DNA of 64,000 bases from Octopus sinensis (GCF_006345805.1 NC_043004.1:24242001-24306000), one strand, 5' to 3'. Counted from the stretch's first letter, positions 41,382-56,940 are shown. Made by a program: numbers and translations. Notes: generated by a model not told the origin, from the sequence alone.

Positions 41382-41952
41382 TACATATATATATATATGT
41401 CTATATGTACATATATATGTCTGTCTAGCTCTCTCTCCCTCTATATATATATGTTTGTATATATGTGTATATTTATATATATACATATACATTATGCATG
41501 TTTATATGTATGTGTATGTGTGTAGGGGGATGTGTGCTAATCTGTGTATATGTGTACAGTTGCTTACATGGAATCAAACAGAGTCGTATTACCGTCATAG
41601 TGTTGTGTAATATGACATGTTGTTACATAACGGAAGCTGTCTTAGAACCATTCCAGTTCCTCTCATCCGCTTCGGAAGTAAATTAGTTGTAAATTAGAAA
41701 ATAAAAAGGAAAAGCAAGAAATCAAGTGTGGTTATGCTTGTGACTGCTGGCAAAATTATCAAAACATCTTCGCCCATGTAAAATACGTTCTTATTTTTTT
41801 ATAATTACAAAGAGAAAAATAGCAAATACCTATAATTTTTATTTCTTCTGTCCGTGTATATATTCCTAAATCTTATATTTATGGGCATGATTTTGTGATG
41901 TATTTTAGTTTCATTTATACGTATGCACCTCGTTAGTATTATTTGTTTGCAT

Positions 41953-42145
41953 TAAGGTAGCGAACTGGCAGAGTCGTTAGCACGCTGGATGAAAGGTTTA
42001 GCGGTATTTCGCCCGTCACTGTGTTCCGAGTTCAAATTCCACTGAGGTCGACTTACCTTTTTCATTTTATTAAAACACTAGGGTCGATATGATCGACTGA
42101 TCCCAACAATTTTCAAAGGCCTTAAACCTTTGATAGGAAGGATTA
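41953..42145 (+). mobile_element. OK-like SINE, diverged
   Basis: aaggtagcgaactggcagagtcgttagcacgc...gagttcaaattccactgaggtcgac. Confidence 0.8.
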
Positions 42146-42774
42146 TTTTTTAGTAATACACCCGTGCCTGAGTTTGTGTGAGCGTGTATTCTTGAAGAAA
42201 AGCACACCCGTAACGTTCACACAGAAGCGAAAAGTTATATAATTATTTCTAAGGACTTCATACTTTTTAACGGGGGGGGGGGGTAATTCTACATTATTAT
42301 CACCGTGACCCACATTACTATTTTTAATTCCTTAAAATAATTCGATACTGTGCCTCTATTATACACAACTATAACATGGGCTATTCTTCCAAATTTATTT
42401 TCCAAAATTTCCTTGCATATCATTATGAGTTTCAATTAATATGAACTCTAGTAGCTGCTGGGTTAGTCCCGAGCATACAAATAATTTGACTTAAAAGTTT
42501 TTTCTCATTTCAATGATATAGTTTTTCAATAGAAATTACCTAAATTCTGCGAAGCAATTATTCATATATATTTATGTACAGGCAGACAGAAAGACAGACA
42601 GGCAGGCAGGCAGACAGCAGACAGCAGACAATCAAGTAAACACTATAGCAATAAGCTTGAGGCTCAAATTCACTCCTTTCTAAATATTGTTTTCCTTTAC
42701 AAATCAATCAATACATATAATGTGGAACATTTACAACATGGATCATAATTTACATATAATATATTTAATATTGG

Positions 42775-43065
42775 TTACACATTTTGAGCACAAAGCCAGC
42801 AATTTTGGCTGAGGGCACTAGTCGATTACATCAACCCCCAATGCTCAACTGGTACTTATTTTATCGACCCTGAAAGAATTAAACGCAGATTCGACCCCGG
42901 CGGCATTTGCACTCAGAACGTAATGTCAAAGGAAATGCCACTAAGCCGTGTTAGTGATGTAGATAATACTGATTTCAAATTTTGGCAGAAGGCTAGCAAA
43001 TTGGTGGAATGCAGCTGATCGATTACATCAACCCCAGAATTTAACTGGTAATTATGTCATCGAGC
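42775..43065 (-). mobile_element. Two partial OK-like SINEs in tandem
   Basis: gattacatcaacccc..aactggta occurs twice; tcgaccccggcggcatttgcactcagaacg. Confidence 0.7.
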
Positions 43066-43429
43066 GCTGAGACGATGAGAAACACCACAGAAATCTTTCA
43101 TGGAGGACAATGTTTCCATAGAATGGGTATCAAAACAAAGTCAAAAATGTGAATAATGTATAGTTTGATTATTTCATGCATTATAGTTATTTGATAAATT
43201 TGATAAAAGACAAATTAATTCTGCTACAGAATAAAGTCTATATTATCAGAAATAGAACAGTAGTGAATTAATGTAATGAAGAACAATCGTATTAAATGAG
43301 AAAACTGCCGCACATGGATGCGTACTCGAAACTCATATCACTGTAAACATTATTAAGATTAAGATTACAATTACACTCCACCCCCACCAAAAAACCATCT
43401 CATGTTGTCAAATATTTATATACATATAT

Positions 43430-43612
43430 AAGGCAGAAGCGTTCGCATGCCGGGCGAAATGCTTAACGGATTTCGTCTGTCGCCGATGTCGACTTTGCCT
43501 TTCATCCTTTCGAGGTCGATAATTTAAGTACCAGTTGCGTACTGCGGTCGATCTGATCGACTGGCTCCCTGTCCAAAAATTTTGGGCCTTGTGCCTAAAG
43601 TAGAAAAGAATT
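43430..43612 (+). mobile_element. OK-like SINE with internal deletion
   Basis: gccgggcgaaatgctta..gtcgactttgcctttcatcctttcg..gggccttgtgcctaaagtagaaaagaat. Confidence 0.8.
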
Positions 43613-44698
43613 AGGCGCACACTGTAAATTGGGATCGCACACTATCAACAATCCTCCGTATAACTGGTGGTTGTTAACGTGAACCCGGATTATAACTGGG
43701 TGCTCTTACGGTCCACTCCTGGTCTATTTCTCCCTATATATTAACCATATTCACACCTATATGTATATAGATGATTGTGTGTAAGTGTGTGTGTTTGTGT
43801 GTATGTGTGTGTGTGTTTGTACGTGTGTGGTATTTTATGAGTGCATATGTGCTACTGTTCATGAAAGGGATCTAGGAAGGCATTTAAAAGACGTAAATCT
43901 CGCAATACGCTCAAATATTCCTCTCAAAGAAAAGAAAAACATACACTTACCCTGCATAGGGAACGATATATCGGAATGTGTCTACATGTGATTGCATGTG
44001 GCTACATATGGCTGCATGTGACTGCATGTGGCTGCGTATGCACGTGTCAACAATGAAGAGGAAAGTCATTCATTAAATGTGGCTGGTGTTTTTATTAACT
44101 TAATCTATAAATAGAAGATTCTCCGGCTAGCGTTAATTGGCTTCTAACACACTACTCAGAAATTGCATGCGTACATGCCCTTGTGTGTGCCTCTATATAC
44201 ATAGATAGATAGATAGACAGACAGACAGATAGACATAGTCACACATATGAATATATATACATTATATATATATACATATATATTATATATGTACACAAAG
44301 ATATATCTATTATATATATACAGACATATATTATATATATACATACATATATGTATATACATACATATATAGATATTCATACACAGATATACACATGCAT
44401 GTATGTACACACACACATGTATATATATATATAATATATATATATATACAGACACATATATATATATGCATACATATATATGCATATGTATATATATATA
44501 TATATATATACATATATATATACATACATATATAGATATTCATACACAGATATACACATGCATGTATGTACACACACACATGTATATATATATATATGCA
44601 TATATTATATATATATGTATATATATATATAATATATATATATATTATATATATAATATATATATATATATATGCATATATATATATATATATATATA

Positions 44699-44864
44699 GC
44701 ACCAGGTGGTGCTGTTAAGTTAGACATGGCCTGGGCCAATAATGGCCGAAACCTATCAAAGTATCAAGTATATATGGATATACATATATATATATATGCA
44801 TATATATATATATGTGTATATATATATATATGTATATATATATATGTGTGTATATATATATGTG

Positions 44865-44897
<33 letters not shown>

Positions 44898-44900
44898 GTA

Positions 44901-44931
<31 letters not shown>

Positions 44932-45323
44932 CACATATATATATATGCATACATATATATGCATATGTATATATATATATGTATATACACATATATATAT
45001 GCGTATGTATATATATATACATATACATGTGTTCACACACACACACATATATATATATACATATATTATATATATATGTATATATATATATAATATATAT
45101 ATATATTATATATATAATATATATATATATATATGCATATATATATATATATATATATAGCACCAGGTGGTGCTGTTAAGTTAGACATGGCCTGGGCCAA
45201 TAATGGCCGAAACCTATCAAAGTATCAAGTATATATGGATATACATATATATATATACATATATATATATATGTGTATATATATATATATGTATATATAT
45301 ATATGTGTGTATATATATATGTG

Positions 45324-45356
<33 letters not shown>

Positions 45357-45359
45357 GTA

Positions 45360-45390
<31 letters not shown>

Positions 45391-45526
45391 CACATATATA
45401 TATATGCATACATATATATGCATATGTATATATATATATGTATATACACATATATATATGCGTATGTATATATATATACATATACATGTGTTCACACACA
45501 TATATATGTACATATTTATATATATA

Positions 45527-45584
<58 letters not shown>

Positions 45585-45720
45585 ATATATATATATATAT
45601 ATATAGCATATATATATATATATATATATAGCACCAGGTGGTGCTGTTAAGTTAGACATGGCCTGGGCCAATAATGGCCGAAACCTATCAAAGTATCAAA
45701 GTATATATGGATATACATAT
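44699..45720. repeat. Three-copy tandem array (period 461/471 bp): ~85-bp unique core plus degenerate (TA)n spacer
   Basis: gcaccaggtggtgctgttaagttagacatggcctgggccaataatggccgaaacctatcaaagtatcaa at 44699, 45160 and 45631. Confidence 0.92.
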
Positions 45721-45890
45721 AATATATACATATATATATATTATGTGTATATATATATATATGTATATATATATATGTGTGTATATATATATATGTGTAT
45801 ATATATATATATATTATGTATATATATATATATATAATATATATATATGTATATATATATACATATATATATATTATATATATATACATA

Positions 45891-46565
45891 CATCATCATC
45901 ATCATCATCATGATAATTATCTCGGGAGCATCGCAGAGTGATGAGTACTTTTATATAACGTCATTTGTAGTTATGCGACATGTGATGACTATGAAATCAG
46001 ATTCCGGACAGACGGATACGCCCACAGCTGCAGTATGTAACGCCTTGTTGCTGGTGATTTACAGGGTTCTGAACGTGCAGCCGAGCACGGCGTGCTACTT
46101 CACCCTGCAGTTCGCTCTGCAGTAGCTCTTCTTGGACTTTGGTAGTGCCAGGTTTGTATATGTCGCGGCAGCTAGTGCGATCTAGAACCATTGATTCGAG
46201 AATGTCGAGAGTGATATGTACAGGTTCTGGTGATCTGTACAGCTCGTGTGCTGGCCACCGACAGAGCGCCGTACATCTTCAAATTTGCCGTACATATCAA
46301 GATGGGGCAATCAATTTGATGGCATTCGAACCACACGCCCAGCCCATCTGTGTTGGTGGTTGGCAATTGTTACATCATCGCTACAAGACTCCGAAACATA
46401 ATTGTAGACGATGTAGGAAACAATTGCGCTAGGAAGTTTACAGTGGGTAAACGGCTGCACAATCCGTGGCACACTAACTTGGCACAGCATGGAGTTATCC
46501 ATTGGCATGGAGTAAACCAAAATGACTGACGCTGCAACATCATACCACAGACCCCGAATCAAGGG
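45891..46565 (-). mobile_element. RTE-clade LINE 3' fragment with (GAT)n tail
   Basis: Minus translation HRWAGRVVRMPSN*LP..YGKF..RRSVGGQ and a C-terminal CSCGRIRLSGI zinc-finger-like motif. (cat)n at 45891-45910. Confidence 0.8.
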
Positions 46566-47016
46566 AAGCGCCGACTTGTTGAAGTCACACAGATTTTAGA
46601 TTGGTGTTATCATTACCTAGGAAATATGTCGCTTTCTAGTTAAAGGACATACTATCCTGAATAGTTTTATGTTCGGAGTTGTTTTTCACTTAGACCGAAC
46701 AGGTACTACTGCTCAGGACCAGGACGGACCAGAGAGTAATGACAAATTAAGAGGTAGCTCCACTTAATTCAAGGCAAAGCCCATTGTCATCGGATTCAGT
46801 TTCAGATCTTGTCCAAGATCATTTGTTGGATGGCCGTTGATTGTTCGTGAGTTCATCCACCCTTTGACGGGTTTTACCTTTCATCCCTCGGGGTGTCCAA
46901 CAAACATCCTCCTCACCAAGCAAGTTTAGTGGGGTTGCCCGTTTAGTCGCCGTTGACCCGACCATGCAACAGGTTGTACTGGGTTGCATGTTACCAGTAG
47001 CACTCAAGAGCCACCT

Positions 47017-47136
<120 letters not shown>

Positions 47137-47394
47137 ATACATATACATATATATGCGTCAATATATTTATATACATTATAATTTACTATATAAATGCATT
47201 GATATGCATACAATATATATACATACATACATACATACATTAAGTGTGTATATGTATTTTTATACGCATAGACACAGTGCATGTGTCTGTATGGTTCTAC
47301 ATGTATAAAGCCATCCTTTAATTTATATATGTGATTCTATGTATATGAATATATCGAGTGTGTATATGTGTATGTATATATATGGATACGTTAA

Positions 47395-47447
<53 letters not shown>

Positions 47448-47693
47448 GCATATATATGTATAGACACACACTTGTATAATTGGAAGGTATAGTATTACAA
47501 TTTCTTGAAATTTCTTGCTTACGTGATTGAAACTATGTTGTATGTGTATGCGCGTGGACACTGCGTACATGACGATCTGCCGGGGAAAGCAAACATTCAC
47601 ATATGCAGTTATTTTATTAACTGCTTAACAAGAAAGTCTTCCATATCATTGCATACTTTTATTTGAGCATGCCCGCAGATACACATATCGAAT

Positions 47694-47734
<41 letters not shown>

Positions 47735-47954
47735 TTGTGTGTGTGCGTTCACGCACGTGTGTGTATAGATTTAGTGATGCAAACCCGAAAACAGTACTCA
47801 GAACATGAGTATATATGTTTTCATGACTCGTGAAAAGGGACTTTCGTGATTTGGCCCTTGGCAAACTACTTGATAAGTTCGATAACAACAATTACACGTA
47901 ACTCTCGGTCCTTCTGTAATTTTGTAAGTTCTGTATTAATTTTACCTTTTTTTT

Positions 47955-48345
47955 TTTACTCTTTTACTTGTTTCAGTCATTTGACTGTGGCCATGCTGGA
48001 GCATTGCCTTCAGTCGAGCAAATCCCTCCCAGGACTTATTCTTTGTAAACCTAGTACTTATTTTATCGGTCTCTTTAGCCGAACCGGTATATTACGGTGA
48101 CGTAAACACACCAGCATCGGTTGTCAAGTGTTGTTGGGGGAACAAACACTGACACACAAACATATACACACACACATATATATAAATATATATATACGTC
48201 GGGCTTCTTTCAGTTTCCGTCTACCAAATCCACTCACAAGGCTTTGGTCGGCCCGAGGCTATAGTAGAACACACTTACCCAAGGTGCCACGCAATGATAC
48301 TGAACCCGGAACCATGTTGTTGGTAAACAAGCTACTTACCACAAG
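47955..48345 (-). mobile_element. Same SINE family as 31228
   Basis: cttgtttcagtcatttgactgtggccatgctggagc...gacgtaaacacaccagcatcggttgtcaag...ctgaacccggaaccatg..ctacttaccaca. Confidence 0.88.
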
Positions 48346-48359
48346 GTTCGAGATGCTAT

Positions 48360-48408
48360 GCAGCAGCAGCAGTAGCAGCAGCAGTATTATTATTATTATT
48401 ATTATTAT

Positions 48409-48451
<43 letters not shown>

Positions 48452-48776
48452 TGCAGCAGCAGCAGCAACAGCAGCAGCAGTAGTAATGGTAGAATTATGG
48501 TAGCAGCAGTAGCCACAGCAATAGCAATATATTTGTTTTATGTGAAAATCTAATTTGAAGTTAACGAAGTTAGGCAATAAGACTCAACTCATTATTTCTA
48601 TTTATATTTTCTTCTTTTGCAAGAGTTTTGGATATTCCTATCTTTCTTTTTTAATTAGTATATTTTCTTCACCTGCAACCCAGCTCCCAGTCCGTTGATC
48701 AATTATCTATGTCAATATTTGTTAAAATTCCTTAACTTCAGCTTAGATTCCTTAACAGCAGTAATAGTAGTAGTTG

Positions 48777-48842
<66 letters not shown>

Positions 48843-48875
48843 CAGTGCCGCCGTTGCTGCTGCTACTACTGCTAT
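48360..48875. repeat. Compound trinucleotide microsatellites (CAG/TAT/TAG and CTA)
   Basis: Visible tracts at 48360-48485 and 48777-48875. Confidence 0.9.
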
Positions 48876-48944
48876 ATTAACTTTACTATATTATAGCCCT
48901 TCGCTGTATTATCTAAAATAAATTCTTATGTACTTAAAGACTGA

Positions 48945-49608
<664 letters not shown>

Positions 49609-50359
49609 ACGTAAGGAGATAGAGTTGTGTTACATGATTAAACTTGAACGTGCCTAGTTGTTAAATATAAGCGTTGGTCTGAAAAGTGGTAGAGTATTAA
49701 AATATTTTAAGATTGAATGAAAACTAGAACAGTTAAGGCAACAAAAGAGGAAATAGTTTCTAGTGGATATATCAAAGAGGGCGTCTTTAGGAAGACACTT
49801 GATTCCTATTAAGTATTTACATTTATATATTTATAACTTAGTGCGGCGGAGATACAGCATCCAGTTTCCAACTGAATGTCTTAAGTTGCTACTTGAGATA
49901 ACCCCATTCATTTGGCGGGGCTTGGCACACTCACAGACACACACACACACACATACACGCACCACACACATACACATGCACACATAAATACGCACACATA
50001 CACAAACACGCACACATATACACTTACAATGCACACACACACACATACATAGGCACACGCGCACACACACGCACTGATGCCTATTCCCACATTCATATAT
50101 GCATTGCAATATATATAGAGAGAGAGGCACAGAGATATATGTATGTGTATGTGTGTGCATTACATATATTCACATACATACATATATAAATAGACACATA
50201 TATATATATAAACACACACGATATATATCACGTAATATATATGTATATAGTAATATTTATTACATATGTCTAAATATACATTTTTTCATATATACACACC
50301 TAAACCTATCTATATATATACATATATACACAACTCCACAGGCACATATACATTCATGA

Positions 50360-50403
<44 letters not shown>

Positions 50404-50444
50404 GTTGCTAAACCCTTAATTGCTTAGTATATATATATATATAT

Positions 50445-50483
<39 letters not shown>

Positions 50484-50497
50484 CATAGATACATACA

Positions 50498-50549
<52 letters not shown>

Positions 50550-52045
50550 TTACACACACGCATACATACATACATACATACATACATACATACATACATA
50601 CATACATACATACATACATACAAACATACATAAATACATACGTACGTACATACATACAACACCGAAGATATCACCCATATCATAAGCAGTGAAGTGCCAT
50701 GATATTATTCAGCGTGAGGAAAATGTCTTATTGTGTATCTCATTTCCTGACAGGAACATATCCTCCTACTTCCGGTTTTCTTTCAATTAAATCCAATGGT
50801 AATTTTTCAGATGCAATGACTATTGCACTTTGATAGAATTAACTTAGGCCTAGTGGTTTGTTTCGTTGCATGCAAATGTGTACTCTGCCTAAATCATCCA
50901 AGACCTAGCTTGTGCTATCGAAACCAAATCCACGTTCCAATGTATACAACAACTGTATTTATAATGGCTCTTAAACAGAATCTTTAGCTTCACAGCTGTG
51001 CATCTATTTTTACACTAAATACATAACAAAATTATGATTCAAAATCTTGCCAAGATCTTCTCAGCTGTTAATACATTGGAAATGAAGTTTTATTCATTTG
51101 GCAATGTCTCTAAAACATTGTTACAGCATAACCTGGAAATATACATTACTAGAATAGATGTAAGCTTACCTTTTCAGAAAGCTTACATTTATTAGGCAAT
51201 TTCATTAACTGATATACAGTTTCACAAAAGATTGTATGGTAAGTTCTGATAATTGTGCCTTTGGGTTTGTCATTAGTTTTTGGTTACATGCGGTAGCTGT
51301 CGTTCATCATTTTGTGGTATTTTGGCTTACGAAAAGTTTAAGGATACTCTAAGATGAGATCAGAATTGAGGATACATTCGGTTTTTTATCTACATCAATA
51401 TTGAGCTTGTGGCTGTTTTCGTTGTGTTAAAATAAGAAGTTTTGATAGACGGATAACCACTGAATATATCCACTTCTGGCGTACTGTGTAAATGCACCAA
51501 AACGGAGAGATGATAAAAATTGGAAAATTAATAAAAGCCCCCTTTACGCTAAAGGATGAGAGTGACACATGATGTGATCAAGGAAATAAGAGAAATAATT
51601 TAAGGGTGATAATTTTTACAGGTTTCATCACAGGTGTTCAACATTTGATAATAATTGAAATGTAAAAAACAAATAAATATTTTAAAAAATCAAAATTATT
51701 ACTATATCCAGTGTTTCAATAAATTCAGTTCTACTAGTGACAAACAGATGAAACTTAAAACTCTACCTGGCGTGTCAGCTACGAAATACGAAAACACAAC
51801 ATACTGCGTGTGTCACATTACAACGTGCCTTTAGGCACTCGACAGTATGTGCTCTATCAACTCAGATGTTCACACCCTATTACAAGAGCGTAATACATTA
51901 ATGGGAAATGCTTCCACAATACAATTATTTTATCGTAGCGGCATCAGAAGAATAAATTTTGATTAGTGAAGGAGAGGCAGAGATAGCATGTCGGGTGAGC
52001 GTTTGGGGGAAAGAGAGAAAGAGAGAGGGTGAGAGAGAGAGAGAG

Positions 52046-52139
<94 letters not shown>

Positions 52140-52667
52140 AGCTGTAAAATATAGAATATAAACAGACATAATAAGGATAATATATTTGATGTAATGAAGC
52201 GAAAAATCTCTCCTGATCTGCTGGAAATAGCAACTCAATTTCGTTCAAATCAAACATTACGACCCCAAACTAAAAGATTAAATTATGACTACAAAATATT
52301 GGTATGGTTGATCTGCGCTGAGCTGGAGTTAAAGAACTAAAACAACAATGCACTTTAGATAAATTAGTCCTATGTGCACTTTATGATAAATTAAAGTAGG
52401 ATAGTTACAGTTTGACAGTTTTTTTCTCGTAGGTCTGCTCTATCGTGGGTGACCTGCATGTCAGTCACATCAAGTTTACATATGTTAACGCTAATTTCCT
52501 CCGTTAATCTTGAACTCTCAGCTTACTCATTCAGGACTAATTAAATCACGTTTCTAACTCTGACATCTTTACACACAGAAATATGTGCACACCTCTGTGT
52601 AAATATATATATATATATGTATGTTTGTATATGTATGTATACACACACGCGCACACATACATATATG

Positions 52668-52726
<59 letters not shown>

Positions 52727-52761
52727 GTGTATGTATGTATGTGTATATATATATATATATA

Positions 52762-52794
<33 letters not shown>

Positions 52795-52857
52795 TACATA
52801 TATATATATATATTTATAAATGTGTCGTATGTATAAATATAAATATATATATAGATA

Positions 52858-52902
<45 letters not shown>

Positions 52903-53165
52903 AAGAAAGAGAAAGTGAATGATAAATAATAGACGGCTATATATGTGTGTAATTATGTCTATATAAAGGCCTCCTCCGCGTTATGGCCACGTCAGATCAC
53001 GGGATTTCGCACTTATGGAAATTATAAAGTATAACCATTAATTTCGGGATACGGTCTGTAATTTTGTTTTTACGGAACTATCATCACGTTACATACATAC
53101 AGATGCACACACGTGCGTCTATCTACATATAATGTACATAACGTGAGTATATATGTGTGTGTATA

Positions 53166-53242
<77 letters not shown>

Positions 53243-53439
53243 GAGAGAGAGAGAGAGAGAGAGAGTAGCTAGATAGATAGATAGATATCAACTTTTGAAT
53301 CCAAGTTATTACAATAGCTATCAGCATCTACGCCAACATACATGCATGAGTGTGTGTGTCTTTGTGTCTATGAGTATGTGTGTGTATGAGTGTTTGTCCA
53401 TGAATGTGTATGTGTGTGTGTGCATGTGTGTGTGTATAT

Positions 53440-55590
53440 GTCAATTCAAAAGCGCAAGACACGAATTGCCTATAAAGTCTGGTGCCCCTTCAGTTAGCTA
53501 TCATCATAGAGTGCTGCTTGTTTCTCAGTCCTTCGTCTTTTCGGCCCATTTCATTATTGCTTCATTAGGTATAAGACAATTTTCCGCTCTCACACCTCAA
53601 ATCCTTCCTGGGTTAATTGTTTTCTTTTTTGCTATATATTTGTTGTTGATAATTAATCACCGCTGCTGTTGAATTCTTCTTCAATTTAAGATGTCTGCAA
53701 AGAAGCTATCATGTAGACCTGAAGGTATCAGTGCGAAAAGGAACCTTAAAGAGATTACACTGGATATTAACATGTGTTTTACGAACTAATTTATATTGCC
53801 AAAGCATTAAATCTTACAACCTCTTCAGTGAGAACAAAACGTGACAACAGAAAGAAAATTATATCAAGTGCTCAAGAACCTATTCCGTTTAACTGTCCGA
53901 ATTTTATTTTACAATATATCTAATATAATGGTTAAAATGGAACAACTCTTGAGTATATGGATCGTTGATCAGAATTGGCGTAATGTGGCGATAAACACGA
54001 TGATAATTCTAAAAAACAGCGAAAAGTTTATATGACGATTTGCCGAAAAAGAAACGTGAAATTCCTTATGAAAAACCACTTTGGCTAATATGTGCTGATT
54101 TGAAAGGTTTAAGAAGAGCGCATGAATTTGCACAATGTTTGAGAGCGCTGATACAGAGGATGCTACTAATTATCCTGGGCAGTTGAAGAAAATGTTGCTG
54201 AAGGGAACTATACACCATATCAAGTTTGCAATGTTGAAGAGAACTGAATTTTCTGAAAGCGCCTACGTACCAGAAGAAAATCAACACCAGGATTTAAAGT
54301 TTCCAAAAATCGTCTGACACTTCATTTGTGAGGAAATGCCGCTGGCAACATGAAATTAAAGTCCCTTACTCGTATATCACTTCGAAAACTCAAGGGCGTT
54401 CAAGGGTCGCACAAAGTTCAATCTACCTCTGATTTTGATTTCAAATAAGAATGCATGCGTGACTAAGAGCATTTACAAAAAGTAGTTTACAAATGTGTTT
54501 TCGTCCTGCTGTAAAATGTTACAATGGCAGGCATATTTCCAACAAAGTTTTGCTTCTTTTAAACAATGCACCGAGCCACCCAATGAAATTAGAAGACGTT
54601 TCTGACAATATATCCCCAAGAATACAACTTCTTTACTCCAGACAATGGATCAAGGTATGATAGCAAACCTCAGGGTATATTACATGAAAACTGTCAAACA
54701 ACTTATGAAAGCAATTGACAAGGAGGATAAATCTACAGTTAGATTTTTCTGGAAGAAATCCAACATAATGAACGCTTTGGATGATATAGTAAAGTGATGG
54801 TATAAAGTGAAAACTTCAGCTATCAATAGAGCTTGGAAAAGTATATAGCCAGACTGTATCCATAACATTAAAGCAGAAAGTTTACATCACATTTGGGAAG
54901 ATACTGTAGCACTTCCAAAGGGTGTAGGGTGATGTGAGTGAGTTGTTAGTGAACCAGAGAGAAAGCTTACCTAACGAGGAAGTGATGCTGTTAGAAAAAG
55001 AACAAGCTAATATACACAGCAATACGGAAATTCTAACTTGACAACCAAAAATATTGTTAAACGGTGGGCATTATAGAAAAAGTTCTGCAGGTTTTACTGA
55101 TTATGATCTCAATCGTGAACGTAACATAATAATTCCAAAAGGAGTTTACAATGAGCTCATTTCCTATATTGAGATATCTAAAGAGATAATGCGTCATAAA
55201 CAACTTTGGATAAGATTTTCAACCCGCAAACTGATGTTGCCTCTTATCCCCCAAAAACCACCCCTCCCACTGTTATCAACATCGCATGTGGTCAGAACGT
55301 GCCCTTACGATATTGTGATTCTTATTAATTCCTTAACTTATTCTGTTTGAGATGTTTTTATGCATCGGTACTGTACTAGGTATATTTAGAAATAGTTATT
55401 TCCATATATGAAGGTAATCACACTGTTTGTCCTCTGTTGTGTCTTTGCAGTTCTTTTTTTTTTTTATTGAAAATGTCAGTAGTGACGTAATCTCACTTAA
55501 CAATATGAAAGTCGTTCAGAAAGTCAATTTCGCATTAGGGAATTTCTCGTTACACTCAGATTTTCAGGAACACATAAGGAGAGATTCATA
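53440..55590 (+). mobile_element. Tigger/pogo DNA transposon fossil, highly degenerate
   Basis: MVKMEQLLSIWIVDQN, ESADTEDATNYPGQLKKML, KVLLLLNNAPSHP, NTTSLLQTMDQG in shifting frames. Boundaries approximate. Confidence 0.85.
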
Positions 55591-55595
55591 TATAT

Positions 55596-55797
55596 AACGG
55601 GAAGGTTTACGAAAATAAACAAAAGACGAAAGCAGGTGGAGTACAAACAAACAAATGTATTATTATGGCGCTCAGGAATAGAAATAGAACAAGTCTTTTA
55701 CGTTTCGAGCCTACGCTCTTCGACAGAAAGATACACAGAAAAAAACAAGGAGAGAAAAAAAATGCGTGTAGGAGCTAACGATCTATCATGGCGTCCT
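55596..55797 (-). mobile_element. Short Penelope-like terminal-repeat fragment containing a minimal hammerhead-like motif (55694-55731)
   Basis: Minus strand: TCTTT-CTGTCGA-A-GAGC GTAG GCTC-GAAA-CG-TA-AAAGA. Flanked by TA. The start resembles 30295-30345. Confidence 0.6.
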
Positions 55798-56024
55798 ATA
55801 TAATCTTTAATGCTCTACTACTTGCTTCGGTCATAATGGGGCATGATTTGAGGGGTTTAGTCGAACAAATCGTCCATATTCGCATAAGTATTTATGACTA
55901 CATGTGTGTGTGTGTGTTTCTATACGCTTGTGAATGTTCATGGATATATGAATAAACCAATGTATATTTTACAGGAACATAACTTAATTAATTTTCTTAA
56001 TTAATTTTGAATTACATATTAATA

Positions 56025-56775
56025 TTGGTATCAACATTTGCAACAAGGCCAGCAATTCAGTATGAGGGTAAATCGATTACATCAACCTCAGTACTCAACT
56101 GGTACTTATTTTTTCGACCCCGAAAAGATGAAAGGCACAGTCGACCTCGGCTGAAATTAAACCCATAACCTACAGACAGATAAAATGCATTAAGCATTTT
56201 GCCGGGTGGGCTAACAATTCGTCCAGCCGTTGCCTTAGAATTACATATTAATATTAGTTTCAAATTTTGGCACAAAGCCAGTAATTTTGCATGAGGTGGA
56301 TAGTTGATAACCACAACTATTAGTTCGACTAGTACTTATTTTCTTGACCCCGAAAGAATGAAAAGCAACGTCGACCCTGGAGAAATTAGAACTCTGAACA
56401 TAAAGTTGGACGAAATGCTGCTAAGCATTTCAGCCGGCGTGCTAACAATTCTGCCAGCTCGCTACCTTATTAAATAATTAATATTCTTTTCTATTCTAGG
56501 CACAAGGCCCGAAATTTGGGGTAGAGGAGGGAGCCAGTCGACTTGATTGACCCCAGTATGCGACTGGTACTTAATTTATCGACCCTGAAATGATGAAAGG
56601 CAAAGTCTACATCAGCGGAATTTGAACTCAGAACGTAAAGACAGACAAAATACCGCCAAGCATTTCGGCCGGCATGCTAACGTTTCTGCCAGCTAGACGC
56701 CTTATTAATTAATTAATTAATATTAATAAGTGTACGGAAAGGTGGTGGTGAGTTGATTACATCGACCTCAGTGTC
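56025..56775 (-). mobile_element. Cluster of three OK-like SINEs head-to-tail plus a fragment
   Basis: Units at ~56025-56237, 56255-56470 and 56484-56703, each with tcgaccc..gaaag(g)ca..gtc and a gcc/acctt head, separated by ttaatatt linkers. Confidence 0.85.
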
Positions 56776-56940
56776 ATAATTAATATCTATTTTAATTTAT
56801 TATAAAAAATTAAACAATCAATATTATTATAAACGTTATCATTAATGATAAGAGTATTGATGATGCACGTGTACGTATGAGTATGTGAATGCATTTGTTT
56901 GTGCATGTGTGTATGCGTTTGTGAGTGTTAGTGTGCATGT

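Noticed and set aside
44699-45720. CRISPR-like repeat-spacer appearance
   Set aside because: Eukaryotic context, the repeat and spacers are far too long, the spacers are mutually homologous microsatellites, and there are no cas genes.
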